Shown here piece by piece: positions 37,088 through 47,892 of a DNA stretch of 64,000 nucleotides. This stretch comes from an uncultured Alphaproteobacteria bacterium (GTDB taxonomy: Bacteria > Pseudomonadota > Alphaproteobacteria > HIMB59 > GCA-002718135), in the NCBI GenBank assembly GCA_902539825.1, contig CACBMH010000001.1, forward strand, positions 930-64,929, in the 5' to 3' direction. Under the pieces are notes generated by a model. The model was given only the letters and a program-made list of their open reading frames with translations. It ran no database searches and was not told the DNA's origin. Position numbers and translations under genes: made by a program. Every line of letters starts with the position of its first letter. Within the stretch, counting starts at the first letter, position 1.

Positions 37088-37530
37088 GTTAATTGACGTA
37101 ACATTTCACCAGCTACAATAGCAACTGAACTACTAAGATTGATCGATCTAGGCCCTTTTATCATTGGTATTGTTAATCTTTCATCGACAGAGCTATGGAC
37201 AAAATCAGGTGCCCCTGCACTTTCTCTGCCAAATAAAATAATATCATTTGATTGAAATTTATAATCGAAATAACTTTTTTTACTTTTTGTTGTTAAAAGA
37301 ACGAGTCGATATGAATTATTTTTTGACCACTCATAAAATTTTTCCCAACTTAAATGTTTTTTTAATTCTAGATAATCATAGTAATCCATTGATGCTCTTT
37401 TTAATCTCTTATCATCAATCACAAAGCCAGCTGGCTCTATTATATCTACTGGTATTCCAAGACAGGCACCTAGTCTAAATATGTTTCCTGCATTCTGTGG
37501 TATGTCGGGTTCAAATAGAGCAATTCTCAT
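37084..37530 (-). CDS. trmL: tRNA (cytidine/uridine-2'-O-)-methyltransferase TrmL (SpoU/TrmH family)
   Basis: 148 aa with MRIALFEPDIPQNAGNIFRLGA and C-terminal trefoil-knot motifs LFGRESAG and SINLSSSVAIV. Confidence 0.85.
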   Translation of the reverse strand: MRIALFEPDIPQNAGNIFRLGACLGIPVDIIEPAGFVIDDKRLKRASMDYYDYLELKKHLSWEKFYEWSKNNSYRLVLLTTKSKKSYFDYKFQSNDIILFGRESAGAPDFVHSSVDERLTIPMIKGPRSINLSSSVAIVAGEMLRQLT

Positions 37531-37625
37531 GTTTTTTTACTATATTATTTTATTACTTGCGTCACGCTGGCACATATTTAAAAAGTATTTTTTTGAGTAA
37601 TTAAGATATAAGAAATTCACAATAA

Positions 37626-38153
37626 ATGGCTAAAAAACCCAAAAATAAGAGAAGAGATTTCCTACAACTTAGCACCGTAACGCTTGGTGCTGTTGGAACA
37701 GCTGCTTTTATATGGCCTTTTCTAAAAAGTATGAGTCCAGCAGAAGACACATTAGCTGCAGGATCAACCGAAGTAGATATTAGTGCTATTGAAGAAGGTC
37801 AAAGTATAACAATAAAGTGGCGTGGAAAACCTGTTTTTATTAAAAAAAGAACAAAAGATGAGATTGATGCAGCTAAAATGGTTCAAGCTTCTGACTTAAG
37901 AGATCCACAAGATGATGCAGATAGAGTACAAAAAGAAGAATGGTTAGTTTTAGTGGGAGTATGTACACACTTAGGTTGTGTTCCACTTGGTCAGAAGGTT
38001 TCAGATATGAAAGGTGAGTATGATGGTTGGTACTGCCCATGTCATGGTTCACATTACGATACATCAGGTAGGATAAGAAAGGGACCAGCACCAAAAAACT
38101 TGGACGTTCCGCCCTATACCTTTTTAAATGATAATACTATAAAGATAGGATAA
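37626..38153 (+). CDS. petA: Ubiquinol-cytochrome c reductase Rieske iron-sulfur subunit
   Basis: 175 aa with a Tat-like RRDFL, and Rieske boxes CTHLGC and CPCHGS. Confidence 0.95.
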   Translation: MAKKPKNKRRDFLQLSTVTLGAVGTAAFIWPFLKSMSPAEDTLAAGSTEVDISAIEEGQSITIKWRGKPVFIKKRTKDEIDAAKMVQASDLRDPQDDADRVQKEEWLVLVGVCTHLGCVPLGQKVSDMKGEYDGWYCPCHGSHYDTSGRIRKGPAPKNLDVPPYTFLNDNTIKIG

Positions 38154-38154
38154 C

Positions 38155-39447
38155 ATGGATAAGAATCGAAAAGTACATCAGTTTAAAAACCCTGTCCTTA
38201 ATTGGATAGAGTTTCGTTTACCAATTATTTCTTATTTCAAAAAAGAATATGGCGATTATCCGATGCCTAAAAATTGTAATTATTTCTGGAGTTTTGGTGC
38301 ATTGGCAACAATTACACTTGTTACAATGATAGTAAGCGGAATTTTTCTTGCGATGAATTACACACCACATACTGATATGGCATTTGATAGTGTTGAAAGA
38401 ATAATGCGAGATGTCAATTACGGATGGTTAATGCGATACATTCATTCCAATGGTGCAGCCTTTTTCTTCATCATAGTTTACATTCATATAGTAAGAGCAA
38501 TGTATTTTGGTTCTTACAAATATCCAAGAGAGCTTAATTGGATTTTAGGTGTATTTATATTTTTATTAATGATGGCAACTTCTTTTCTTGGTTACACATT
38601 ACCGTGGGGACAAATGTCTTATTGGGGAGCTACAGTTATAACAAATTTATTTAGTGCAATTCCATTTATTGGTGAGGGATTAAAGACATGGCTTCTTGGT
38701 GATTACAACGTTGGAAATGCCACTTTAAACCGTTTCTTTGCTCTTCATTATGTTTTACCATTTGTTATTTTTGGTGTTGTAGGATTACATGTTGCTGCAG
38801 TCCATGTTCATGGTTCAAATAACCCTGATGGGATTGATATTAAAACTAACAATGACTCAGTAAACTTTTTTCCATATATGTTAATTAAAGATACAGTAGC
38901 TATGTGTGCTTTTGGCGTTGCTATTTCTGCAGTAATATTCTTTGGACCAAATCTTATGGCTGAAGTTGATAATTATATTCCAGCAGATCCACTTGTTACT
39001 CCAGCTCACATTGTTCCAAACTGGTATCTTGCACCTTTTTATGCAATTTTAAGAGCAGTACCTGATAAATTAGGAGGGGTTCTCCTAATGTTTGGTGCGA
39101 TAGTAATTCTCTTTGTTCTACCTTGGCTTGATAGATCAAAAGTGAGAAGCTGTAATTATAGACCAATATATAAGTGGTTTATGATGGGCTTTTTTGTTAA
39201 CTTCTTTGCATTAGGCTACGTTGGTATGCTTCCTGCTGAAGGTTTATATCTTTTAATTGCTAGAGTAGGTTTACTTTACTACTTTGGTTTTTTCTTTATC
39301 ATTACACCTTTTGTTGGTTGGATAGAGAAGCCAAGTAAGCTACCGCTCAGTATTAGTGATGTTTATGCTAAAAATATAACTCCTAATATTGGTGGAGGAG
39401 AAAAAGGAATTCCTTCACCAGCAATGCAAAAAGATACAAATCTATAA
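38155..39447 (+). CDS. petB: Cytochrome b
   Basis: 430 aa with RYIHSNGAAFFF, conserved heme-ligand His pairs and PEWY-equivalent region PNWYLAPFYAILR. Confidence 0.95.
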   Translation: MDKNRKVHQFKNPVLNWIEFRLPIISYFKKEYGDYPMPKNCNYFWSFGALATITLVTMIVSGIFLAMNYTPHTDMAFDSVERIMRDVNYGWLMRYIHSNGAAFFFIIVYIHIVRAMYFGSYKYPRELNWILGVFIFLLMMATSFLGYTLPWGQMSYWGATVITNLFSAIPFIGEGLKTWLLGDYNVGNATLNRFFALHYVLPFVIFGVVGLHVAAVHVHGSNNPDGIDIKTNNDSVNFFPYMLIKDTVAMCAFGVAISAVIFFGPNLMAEVDNYIPADPLVTPAHIVPNWYLAPFYAILRAVPDKLGGVLLMFGAIVILFVLPWLDRSKVRSCNYRPIYKWFMMGFFVNFFALGYVGMLPAEGLYLLIARVGLLYYFGFFFIITPFVGWIEKPSKLPLSISDVYAKNITPNIGGGEKGIPSPAMQKDTNL

Positions 39448-40196
39448 TGCGCCTATTACTTATTATTTTTCTATTATTCTCTTCAAATTTACTTGCTGCG
39501 GAAATGAGTACTGAAAAAATGCCAAAACATGATTGGTCTTTTAAAGGTGTAACGGGAACTTTTGATAGAGCCGCAATTCAAAGGGGCTATAAAGTTTACA
39601 GAGAAGTATGTGCAGGATGTCATTCAATGAAACTGCTATATTACAGAGATCTTATTGATGTTGGTTTTTCCGAAGCTCAAGTAAAAGTAATTGCTTCTGA
39701 ATATACTGTATTAGACGGTCCAAATGATGATGGTGAAATGTTTGAAAGACCGGCTAGACCAGCAGATAGGTTTGTCAATCCATATGCTAATGATAACGAG
39801 GCAAGAGCAAATAATAATGGAGCTTATCCTCCAGATTTGAGTGTAATTACAAAAGCTAGAAAATATGGGGTTGATTATATTTATAACCTTCTTCTAGGTT
39901 ATGTTGAACCTCCAAAGGGAATGGAGGTCGGTAATGGAATGTGGTACAATAAATGGATGGCTGGAAATCAAATAGCTATGCCAGCACCTATAGCCGATGG
40001 AAGTGTAGATTATGATGATGGCACTGATAATAATGCAGAACAGTTATCGGCTGATGTAACACATTTTCTTCACTGGGCCGCTGAACCAGAAATGGAAGAA
40101 AGAAAAAATTTAGGAATCAAAGTAATATTATTCTTTATTATTCTAGGAACAATTGTGTACTTAGCAAAAAACAGACTTTGGCGAGACGTCACTTAG
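39447..40196 (+). CDS. petC: Cytochrome c1
   Basis: 249 aa with a signal peptide, heme motif CAGCHS, PPDLS and a C-terminal TM anchor. Confidence 0.93.
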   Translation: MRLLLIIFLLFSSNLLAAEMSTEKMPKHDWSFKGVTGTFDRAAIQRGYKVYREVCAGCHSMKLLYYRDLIDVGFSEAQVKVIASEYTVLDGPNDDGEMFERPARPADRFVNPYANDNEARANNNGAYPPDLSVITKARKYGVDYIYNLLLGYVEPPKGMEVGNGMWYNKWMAGNQIAMPAPIADGSVDYDDGTDNNAEQLSADVTHFLHWAAEPEMEERKNLGIKVILFFIILGTIVYLAKNRLWRDVT

Positions 40197-41293
40197 ACAT
40201 TAAATAAAAAGTTCATTACATCGCCATCTTTGACTATATAATCTTTACCTTCTTGTCTTAGCTTTCCCGAATCTCTACTTCCAGCATCACCATTATTTTC
40301 TATATAGTCATTATAAGAGACAGTCTCTGCTCTAATAAATCCTTTTTCAAAATCAGTGTGAATTTTTCCAGCAGCTTGAGGTGCAAGTGTTTCTTTTTTT
40401 ATTGTCCATGATCTTGTTTCTTTTGGACCACATGTAAAATAGTTTATCAAACCTAAAAGTTCATATCCTGATTTTATAACCTTATTCAATGTTGTTTGAT
40501 CTAAATTAAGTTCTTTAAGAAATTCAAGTTTTTCTTCTTCATTATCTAATTCTGCTATTTGTGCTTCTATTGATGCAGAGATTAAAACTACAGAATGATT
40601 ATTTTTTTTGGCGAACTCGATGACTTTTTTTGATAATTCGTTTCCAGTATGTATCGATTCTTCATCTACATTACATATGTACATAGTTGGCTTTAGACTA
40701 ATTAAGTTTAGACCATTTACAAAGTCAATTTCATTACTGGCAAACTCATTAATTGTTAAGATACTGTCAGTTTCTAGCATTTGTAAGATTTTATTTATTA
40801 TCTCAAATTGATGTTTAGCTTCTTTATCGTTTGCTCTTAATTTTTTTTCTAAACTAGTTCTTTTATTATTTAAGCTTTCAAGATCAGCCAATTGCAATTC
40901 TAATTTTATTGTTTCAATATCATCTAATGGATCAATTTTTGATGATACATGAGTAATGTTAGTATCTTCAAAGCATCTCACAACATGAGCTATTGCGTCA
41001 ACTTCCCTAACATGTCCTAAAAATTTATTTCCTAAACCTTCTCCTTGAGAGGCTCCTTTTACTAATCCTGCAATATCAACAAAATCCATGAAAGATGGAA
41101 TTATTTTTTCACTTTTTCCAATGATTGCAAGTTTGTCTAATCTGTCATCGGGTACTGCCACTCTTCCTATATTTGGTTCTATAGTTGCAAATGGATAATT
41201 TGCCGCCTCTGCTTTATTTGATTGGGTAAGAGCATTAAATAAAGTAGATTTACCAACATTTGGTAATCCAACTATCCCGCACTTAAATCCCAT
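40193..41293 (-). CDS. ychF: Ribosome-binding ATPase YchF
   Basis: 366 aa with GLPNVGKSTLFNALT, DIAGLVKGAS and a C-terminal TGS domain. Confidence 0.93.
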   Translation of the reverse strand: MGFKCGIVGLPNVGKSTLFNALTQSNKAEAANYPFATIEPNIGRVAVPDDRLDKLAIIGKSEKIIPSFMDFVDIAGLVKGASQGEGLGNKFLGHVREVDAIAHVVRCFEDTNITHVSSKIDPLDDIETIKLELQLADLESLNNKRTSLEKKLRANDKEAKHQFEIINKILQMLETDSILTINEFASNEIDFVNGLNLISLKPTMYICNVDEESIHTGNELSKKVIEFAKKNNHSVVLISASIEAQIAELDNEEEKLEFLKELNLDQTTLNKVIKSGYELLGLINYFTCGPKETRSWTIKKETLAPQAAGKIHTDFEKGFIRAETVSYNDYIENNGDAGSRDSGKLRQEGKDYIVKDGDVMNFLFNV

Positions 41294-41295
41294 AA

Positions 41296-41856
41296 TTAAT
41301 TTTGCTCACTTATTTTTGTTAAAAAAAGAGGAATATCTGAAAATATCAATTCTATATTTTTAACCATTTTATGAATTTTTTTATTTATTATTTCTTCTTC
41401 TGATTTTGAAAAATTATTTAAAACATAACTTGAAACTAAATCTTTATGCCCAGGATGATCAATTCCAATACGTATTCTAAAATAATTTTCTCCTATAAAT
41501 TGATCAATACTTTCCAATCCATTATGACCTCCGTTTCCACCACCTTGTTTTATTTTTACTTTCGATAATTCTAAATCAAGGTCATCATGTATAACAAAAG
41601 TATGGTCTAATTTTATTTTATAAAAATTTACAATTTCTGAAACAGCTTTTCCAGATAAATTCATGAATGTAAGAGGTTTTAATACAAAGATTTTTTGATT
41701 ATTAATTACACCTGAATATAATTCTTTTTTTTTATCTTCTTTGATTTTATCCAAATTAAAATGTGAGATTATATTATCCGCTAAATGGAAACCTACATTA
41801 TGTCTGGTATTATTATAATTTACACCTGGGTTTCCAAGTCCACAAATTAAAAACAT
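41296..41856 (-). CDS. pth: Peptidyl-tRNA hydrolase
   Basis: 186 aa with GLGNPG..Y..TRHNVGF and GGGNGGHNGL motifs. Confidence 0.92.
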   Translation of the reverse strand: MFLICGLGNPGVNYNNTRHNVGFHLADNIISHFNLDKIKEDKKKELYSGVINNQKIFVLKPLTFMNLSGKAVSEIVNFYKIKLDHTFVIHDDLDLELSKVKIKQGGGNGGHNGLESIDQFIGENYFRIRIGIDHPGHKDLVSSYVLNNFSKSEEEIINKKIHKMVKNIELIFSDIPLFLTKISEQN

Positions 41857-41877
41857 ATAATGAAATATAAAGTAAAG

Positions 41878-42555
41878 TTACTTAGATTCTTTATTTTCTT
41901 CTTTATTATCAGAAGATTCTTCCTTCTTTTCCTCTGATTTCTCTTCACCACCTTCTGCTGCACCTTCATCAGTTGTTTCTTCAGTTTTAGTTTCAACTTC
42001 TACAGTTGGAGGAACTAAAGTAGCTATTACGAAATCTCTATCTAAAATAGTGGGAGCAACTCCTTCAGGTAGTTGAATATTACTAATTTTGACTGCATCA
42101 CCTATCTCACTATCAATTAAATCAAATTCTAGTTTGCTAGGTATATTATTTGCATTACATGTTAATTCAACAAGTCTTCTAACAGTATTTAAAACTCCAC
42201 CTTTTTTCAAACCAGGACATTTATCTTGATTTAAAAATTCAACAGGAATTTCAACATTTACTTTTGTATTTTCTTGTACTCTTAGAAAATCAAAATGTAT
42301 AAGTCGATCACTAACAGGGTGATATTGTAATTGTTTAGGAAGTATTTTTTCTTTCTTTCCATCGACATCAAGATCGATAATTGTTGAATAAAAAGAACCA
42401 GTACCCATTAATTTTTTGAGTATTTTATCTTCTAGAGCAATTTTTTTAGGTTCAGTTCCCTTGCCATAAATAATGCCAGGGACCAATCCTTTATTTAAAA
42501 GACTATGATTTGAACCAATATCTTTATTTCTTTCTATCGCTTTAAAATCACTCAT
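41878..42555 (-). CDS. rplY: 50S ribosomal protein L25 / general stress protein Ctc
   Basis: 225 aa with GLVPGIIYGKG and QYHPVSDRLIHFDF, plus a long acidic E/K-rich tail. Confidence 0.9.
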   Translation of the reverse strand: MSDFKAIERNKDIGSNHSLLNKGLVPGIIYGKGTEPKKIALEDKILKKLMGTGSFYSTIIDLDVDGKKEKILPKQLQYHPVSDRLIHFDFLRVQENTKVNVEIPVEFLNQDKCPGLKKGGVLNTVRRLVELTCNANNIPSKLEFDLIDSEIGDAVKISNIQLPEGVAPTILDRDFVIATLVPPTVEVETKTEETTDEGAAEGGEEKSEEKKEESSDNKEENKESK

Positions 42556-42567
42556 AAAATAAAAAAA

Positions 42568-43503
42568 TTAATCAAAAAGAGCGGACACTGAAGTATCAGT
42601 GTTAATCCTTTTAATCGCATCACCCATTAAAGGAGCAATACTTATATGTCTAATGTTTTTTGTGCTTTTTACCTCTTTAGAAGGCTCTATTGTATCTGTT
42701 AATACCAATTCTTTTATACTTGAATTTTCAATCTTTTTTAGCGCATCTCCAGATAATACACCGTGAACAATATAAGAATAAATTTCTTTAGCCCCATTTT
42801 TACTCAGAGCTTCTGCAGCATTACATAACGTGCCTGCTGAGTCAGCTATATCATCTAGTAAGATACAAGTTTTATCTTTTACATCTCCGATGATATTCAT
42901 AACTTCAGACTCACCAGCTTTTTCTCTTCTTTTATCGGCAATTGCCAGTCCAGCCTCTAATCTTTTAGCAAAAGCTCTGGCTCTAACAACACCACCAACA
43001 TCAGGGGAAGCAACAACTAAATCTTTGTTTCCATTAAATCTTTCTTTAACATCATCGATTATCGGTCTTACAGAAAAAATATTATCTAAAGGAATGTCAA
43101 AAAAACCTTGAATTTGACCAGCATGTAAATCCATTGTTAATACCCTATCAGCGCCCGCGGATGTAATTAAATTTGCTACAAGTTTGGCAGTAATTGGTGT
43201 TCTAGGCCCAGTCTTTCTATCCTGTCTTGCATAACCATAATAAGGGATAACAGCAGTAATCCTTTTTGCTGAACCTCTTCTTGCAGCATCAATTGTAATT
43301 AAAAGTTCCATTAAATGATCATTTGCTGGATGTGATGTAGATTGAATAATAAAAACATCTTCACCTCTAATATTTTCATTTATTTCCACAAATATCTCTC
43401 TATCATTAAAAGTTCTAACAGAAGCATCTGCTAAAGGAACATTAATATGTTTAGATATTTTTTCTGCTAGGGATTTGCTACTATTACAGGCGATTATTTT
43501 CAT
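42568..43503 (-). CDS. prs: Ribose-phosphate pyrophosphokinase
   Basis: 311 aa with [21 protein letters not shown] and PRPP loop [12 protein letters not shown]. Confidence 0.95.
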   Translation of the reverse strand: MKIIACNSSKSLAEKISKHINVPLADASVRTFNDREIFVEINENIRGEDVFIIQSTSHPANDHLMELLITIDAARRGSAKRITAVIPYYGYARQDRKTGPRTPITAKLVANLITSAGADRVLTMDLHAGQIQGFFDIPLDNIFSVRPIIDDVKERFNGNKDLVVASPDVGGVVRARAFAKRLEAGLAIADKRREKAGESEVMNIIGDVKDKTCILLDDIADSAGTLCNAAEALSKNGAKEIYSYIVHGVLSGDALKKIENSSIKELVLTDTIEPSKEVKSTKNIRHISIAPLMGDAIKRINTDTSVSALFD

Positions 43504-43550
43504 ATAATCAAATTATTTACTATATTAGAATAATAATAGATCAACTAAAA

Positions 43551-44315
43551 TTAATCATTAAATGCAATGATATTGAGCATTCTTCCAGTATCTCTAAATT
43601 TTTGTGATTCCCTCCGATGGCTAAAAAAAACTCTCTTATTTGAGAAGGTATCTTTGTTAATATTATATATATTTTTAATACCCAATTCCTTAAATTGATA
43701 GTTAATCAATCCTCTTAAATTAAATAAATCTTTGTCTTTATTTTTGTATTTGAAGAAAATAGAATATTTTTTATTTTTATTTATAAATCTACTTTTAAAG
43801 TCTTTTGATACTTCAAAGTTTTTAAAGCTCAAACAAGGACCAATAAAAACGACAATATTTTTTTTAATTATTTTTTGTTTAACAAAATATTCTATACCTT
43901 TAGCAGCTATATTTTTTAGCGCACCTTTCCAGCCTGAATGAAGAGCGCAGATATATCTTTTATTTTTATCAAAAATAAAAATTGGACAGCAATCTGCAGT
44001 TAAAACCCCTAAAGCTATTTGCTTATTGCTAGTGATTAAACCATCTCCATAATATTTTTTACCCATATTTTTTCTATTAATTTTGATGATTTTGTTGGAG
44101 TGTATTTGACTAATAAATTTAATCTTTTTTTTGATATTTAAATTTTTTAGACAAATATTGATATTTTTTTTTACATTTATCTTAGTATCTTTATGGTTTA
44201 AGCTACAGTTTAAAGAATAGTTTTCTTTTTTTGATACTCCGCCATTTCTAGTAAAAAAACCAGCTTTAACAAAAAAATTAACTTTTGCATGTGTAAAATA
44301 ATTTCTAGTAATCAT
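43551..44315 (-). CDS. pgeF: YfiH/PgeF family (DUF152) purine nucleoside phosphorylase / peptidoglycan editing factor
   Basis: 254 aa with QIHSNKI, LTADCCPI and HSGWKG motifs. Confidence 0.8.
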   Translation of the reverse strand: MITRNYFTHAKVNFFVKAGFFTRNGGVSKKENYSLNCSLNHKDTKINVKKNINICLKNLNIKKKIKFISQIHSNKIIKINRKNMGKKYYGDGLITSNKQIALGVLTADCCPIFIFDKNKRYICALHSGWKGALKNIAAKGIEYFVKQKIIKKNIVVFIGPCLSFKNFEVSKDFKSRFINKNKKYSIFFKYKNKDKDLFNLRGLINYQFKELGIKNIYNINKDTFSNKRVFFSHRRESQKFRDTGRMLNIIAFND

Positions 44316-45364
44316 AGGTTAGAAACCACAAGACACTTAAATAATTTTCCCATCCTATCAACATTAATTAATCTATCCACTTCTTCCTCTAATAAATTTT
44401 TATTTAAATTTACATTTTTAGTTAGCAATTTTTTCTTTCTTTCTAGTATTCCATATTTTATTAAAAAATCCCCCTGTGAAACATATTCGTTGATTTGTAA
44501 TTTTTTTTGTTTTGCTATTTCAATTAATTCATTGAAATTTACATGACTTGAAATGTCTTGTTGACCTATATTTTCAAGTATACTTGTTTTTTTATGATTA
44601 TATATAGCCTGTAAAGTAAAGTTTTTTATTTTCTTATCATATCCATAATCGAATAAAATACATATACCTCTATTTTTTTTTAGATATTTACAAATTTGCT
44701 CAAAATATTTATTCCTTGAATAAGAAACTTCATAAATTTTTTGTCTTTTGTATTCGCTTAAATTATCTAATATTTTTTTACTAATTACTCTTTTATTAAT
44801 AGAATAATATTTATTTTCCTTTTCATTAAATTTTATATATCTTTCAAACCAATGATCATTATCATTTAAAAATTGCCTTACCGGAAAACAGTCAAAAAAT
44901 TCATTTGAATATATTATTGAAGGCAGTTTAGATCTGAAATCTAAAGTATTTGACCATCTAATTTTTGATTGTCTAAAATAATTTAAATTCTTTTTTTGTA
45001 TTTTTCTTAATTCTTTATTAATTTCTATTAAATTAACTTCAGCATTTTCAAAAAAGTTAGGAAGTATCTGTGCAGTTCTTTCTATATCTTTAAATAAAGT
45101 TCCATTTCCTGGGCCTAATTCAATTAAATTAAATTTTGATTTAATTTTTTCTTTCCAATGATAAACTAAATATATACCAATAATTTCTCCAAACATTTGT
45201 GAAATTTCTGGAGATGTAACAAAGTCAAATTTTCTTCCTATAGGTTTTTTTCTTAAGTAATAACCATCACTTGCGAAAAGAGCCATTTCTATAAATTTGT
45301 CTAAACGAAAATCTTTTTTATTGTTAAGAATTTTTATTTTATTAATTTTTCTTTTGCTTAACAT
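44312..45364 (-). CDS. SAM-dependent methyltransferase, DUF185 / NDUFAF7-like
   Basis: 350 aa with FVTSPEISQMFGE, LIELGPGNGTL and SNEFFDCFPVRQF motifs. Overlaps both neighbours. Confidence 0.75.
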   Translation of the reverse strand: MLSKRKINKIKILNNKKDFRLDKFIEMALFASDGYYLRKKPIGRKFDFVTSPEISQMFGEIIGIYLVYHWKEKIKSKFNLIELGPGNGTLFKDIERTAQILPNFFENAEVNLIEINKELRKIQKKNLNYFRQSKIRWSNTLDFRSKLPSIIYSNEFFDCFPVRQFLNDNDHWFERYIKFNEKENKYYSINKRVISKKILDNLSEYKRQKIYEVSYSRNKYFEQICKYLKKNRGICILFDYGYDKKIKNFTLQAIYNHKKTSILENIGQQDISSHVNFNELIEIAKQKKLQINEYVSQGDFLIKYGILERKKKLLTKNVNLNKNLLEEEVDRLINVDRMGKLFKCLVVSNL

Positions 45365-46133
45365 TTTGAATTATCAATATTCCAAAAATAAAAAAAGGTA
45401 TACATAGTATTTGACCCATTGAAATAAAATTAAAAAATAATCCTAGGTGCAAATCTGGTTCTCTGACGTATTCAATTAAAAATCTAAATATGGAATACAA
45501 TATTAAAAAGAGACCGCTAATTACTCCATAAATTTTGTATTTATTTATCTTATAAAAATAGATTAATAATATGAGAAATAAAATAATTCCTTCAAGAAAA
45601 GCTTCATATATTTGAGAAGGATGTCTTGGTATATTATCTATTGATGGATAAATAACTGATATATAAAAATCAGTTGGTCTACCTATTAGTTCTGTATTAA
45701 TAAAGTTTGCAATTCTCCCAAAAAATAATCCAATAGGAGCAACGATTGAAACTAAATCAGATAGGTAGAAAAAACTTTTGCTATTAATTTTTGCAAAAAT
45801 TAAAGTACTTATTATTATGCCCATCAACCCACCATGAAATGACATTCCTCCATTCCAAATTTCAAATAGATAAAAAGGGTTAGTTAAAAATTCATTAAGT
45901 TGATAAAAAATAACATAACCAGTTCGTCCTCCGATAATCACACCTAATACTGACCAAATAAGAAAGCTATCTATTTCTTTATTACTGTATTGATTTCCAT
46001 AAATTTTGTTTAATTTTTTAATAATATAAATCCCTAATAGGAATCCCAAGATATATGCTAAACTGTACCATCTTATCTCAATGAAACCGATTGATATGAT
46101 TACAGGATCTATTGATGGTTGAATAAAATTCAT
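45342..46133 (-). CDS. lgt: Prolipoprotein diacylglyceryl transferase
   Basis: 263 aa with IRWYSLAYILG, FHGGLMG, GRIANFINTEL and HPSQIYEA motifs. Confidence 0.92.
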   Translation of the reverse strand: MNFIQPSIDPVIISIGFIEIRWYSLAYILGFLLGIYIIKKLNKIYGNQYSNKEIDSFLIWSVLGVIIGGRTGYVIFYQLNEFLTNPFYLFEIWNGGMSFHGGLMGIIISTLIFAKINSKSFFYLSDLVSIVAPIGLFFGRIANFINTELIGRPTDFYISVIYPSIDNIPRHPSQIYEAFLEGIILFLILLIYFYKINKYKIYGVISGLFLILYSIFRFLIEYVREPDLHLGLFFNFISMGQILCIPFFIFGILIIQNVKQKKN

Positions 46134-46156
46134 TTATCTATATTTAATATTATAAC

Positions 46157-46447
46157 ATGGTTGATAGAAACAAAATACTTTCCGATTTATCAAAATTTGC
46201 GGTGGATGCTATGAGCACTTTTTCAGGTGTTAAAGAAGAGATTGAAACAATTGTATCTTTACGAGTTAACAAAATAATAAAAAAAATGAATCTTGTTAAA
46301 AAAGATGAATTTGATGCACTGAAAAAAATGGTGCAAAAAATAATGATGGAAAATGAAAAATTTAAAAAAACATCTTCAAAATCAGTAAAATCTAAGAAAA
46401 AAACAGTCAAAAAGAAAAAAACTATTAAAAAGAAATCAAAAAGGTAG
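46157..46447 (+). CDS. ubiK: UbiK/YqiC-family accessory factor (coiled-coil)
   Basis: 96 aa. LSDLSKFAVDAMSTFSGVKEEIE and VKKDEFDALKKMV match the UbiK pattern, followed by a Lys-rich tail. The larger antisense ORF 46150..46491 is a low-complexity artefact. Confidence 0.7.
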   Translation: MVDRNKILSDLSKFAVDAMSTFSGVKEEIETIVSLRVNKIIKKMNLVKKDEFDALKKMVQKIMMENEKFKKTSSKSVKSKKKTVKKKKTIKKKSKR

Positions 46448-46555
46448 GAATCCTCAACTAATTCACATTTTTTATAGATTTTACCTTGCAAAATACGAGT
46501 CCAATCTAGTAATCAAGATATAGTACTAATTATATGTGCCATGACTATATAGTGT

Positions 46556-47044
46556 ATGGAAAATGAGAATATATTGTTAAATCCCATAGATATCATTGAA
46601 GATGTTATTCATCAAAAAAAATGGAATTTTAGTAGAGCTGCCGATCATGAATTGGTTGCTGAGATAGCATCCCATTGGTGCGCTTACAGATTATATTTTA
46701 CATGGTCAGAAAATATTAATGCGCTAAGTTTTTCAATAACTTTTGATATTAAGTTTCCTGAAACTAAACTTAGTAAGGCGTATGAACTACTAGGACTTAT
46801 AAATGAGAACTTATGGATTGGGCATTTTGATATAACAAGTAAAAATGGTATCCCAGCTTTTAGACATACTTTATTATCAAATAATTCAACAGAAATATTG
46901 CACAAAAAATTTGAAGATCTTGTTGATATTGGAATTTATGAATGTGAAAAATTTTATCCAAGTTTTCAGCAAGTTCTCTTTGATGATATTCCTCCTAAAG
47001 AAGCTATAAAATTTTCTAATTTTGAAGTTATTGGCAGAGCTTAA
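46556..47044 (+). CDS. YbjN-domain protein
   Basis: 162 aa. The acidic N-terminus and the pattern ...YRLYFTWSENINALSFSITFD...GLINENLWIGHFD resemble YbjN-like proteins, which often precede proC in alphaproteobacteria. Confidence 0.6.
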   Translation: MENENILLNPIDIIEDVIHQKKWNFSRAADHELVAEIASHWCAYRLYFTWSENINALSFSITFDIKFPETKLSKAYELLGLINENLWIGHFDITSKNGIPAFRHTLLSNNSTEILHKKFEDLVDIGIYECEKFYPSFQQVLFDDIPPKEAIKFSNFEVIGRA

Positions 47045-47076
47045 TTTTTATAATAAAACTGCTATATTATAGATAG

Positions 47077-47892
47077 ATGAAAAATATCTTATTAATTGGA
47101 TGTGGTCATATGGGAGGATCTTTAATGTCCAGATGGTCTAACTCTAAGAATTATACCATCAGTGTTATAGATAAAAAAAAATATTCAATTCTTAAAAAAA
47201 GAAATAGAAATAACAAGACAAAATTTTTTAAATCAATTAATGATATCAATAATCAAAATAATTTTGATTATATAATTTTTGCAACTCGGCCTGTTGAATT
47301 AACAAATGTCTTTAAAGAATTAAAAAATGCAAATTTTAATAAAAAATCTATAGCAATAAGTGTAATAGCTGGCAAAAAAACAGAAATTTTCAAAAAAAAT
47401 TTATTAAATATTAGTAAAATTGTAAGAGTAATGCCAAACATGCCAGCTTTAATAGGAGAGGGCGTTCATTGCATTTATACGAATAAATATATTAATAAAA
47501 AAGAAATTAAAGAAATTGATAAATTGTTCTCTTTGAGTGGTAAAACTCTTTTTTTTAATAGTGAAACTTTTATAGACAAAGCAACCGCTGTATCAGGGAG
47601 TGGTCCTGGTTTTATATTTCAGTTAATTGATATCATGGAAAAATCTGCAATTAATTTAGGTTTTTCCAAAAACACAGCTAAAATCTTAATTAATGAAACT
47701 TTAAGAGGTTCTTTAAATCTATTAAACTCTAATAATATTTCTGCTGAAAAAATGGTTGAAACTGTTGCAACTAGAGGAGGTACAACCGAAGCAGGAATCA
47801 AGAAAATGAGAATAAATAAGGTTGATAATATTTTTAACCAAGTTTTTAAGGCAGCATATATAAGGGCAAAACAACAAGGTGAAGGTAAGTGA
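47077..47892 (+). CDS. proC: Pyrroline-5-carboxylate reductase
   Basis: 271 aa with NAD fold LLIGCGHMGGSL, RVMPNMPALIGEG, SGSGPGF and RGGTTEAG motifs. Confidence 0.9.
   Translation: MKNILLIGCGHMGGSLMSRWSNSKNYTISVIDKKKYSILKKRNRNNKTKFFKSINDINNQNNFDYIIFATRPVELTNVFKELKNANFNKKSIAISVIAGKKTEIFKKNLLNISKIVRVMPNMPALIGEGVHCIYTNKYINKKEIKEIDKLFSLSGKTLFFNSETFIDKATAVSGSGPGFIFQLIDIMEKSAINLGFSKNTAKILINETLRGSLNLLNSNNISAEKMVETVATRGGTTEAGIKKMRINKVDNIFNQVFKAAYIRAKQQGEGK

Noticed and set aside
41878-42000. The E/K/S-rich low-complexity tail of L25/Ctc, considered as a repeat or fusion
   Set aside because: Acidic C-terminal extensions are common in long-form Ctc proteins, there is no DNA-level periodic repeat, and the frame is continuous.
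46150-46491. 113-aa minus-strand ORF antisense to ubiK
   Set aside because: It is a low-complexity F/I/L-rich translation produced by reading the Lys-rich ubiK tail backwards. The plus-strand product has recognisable family features.
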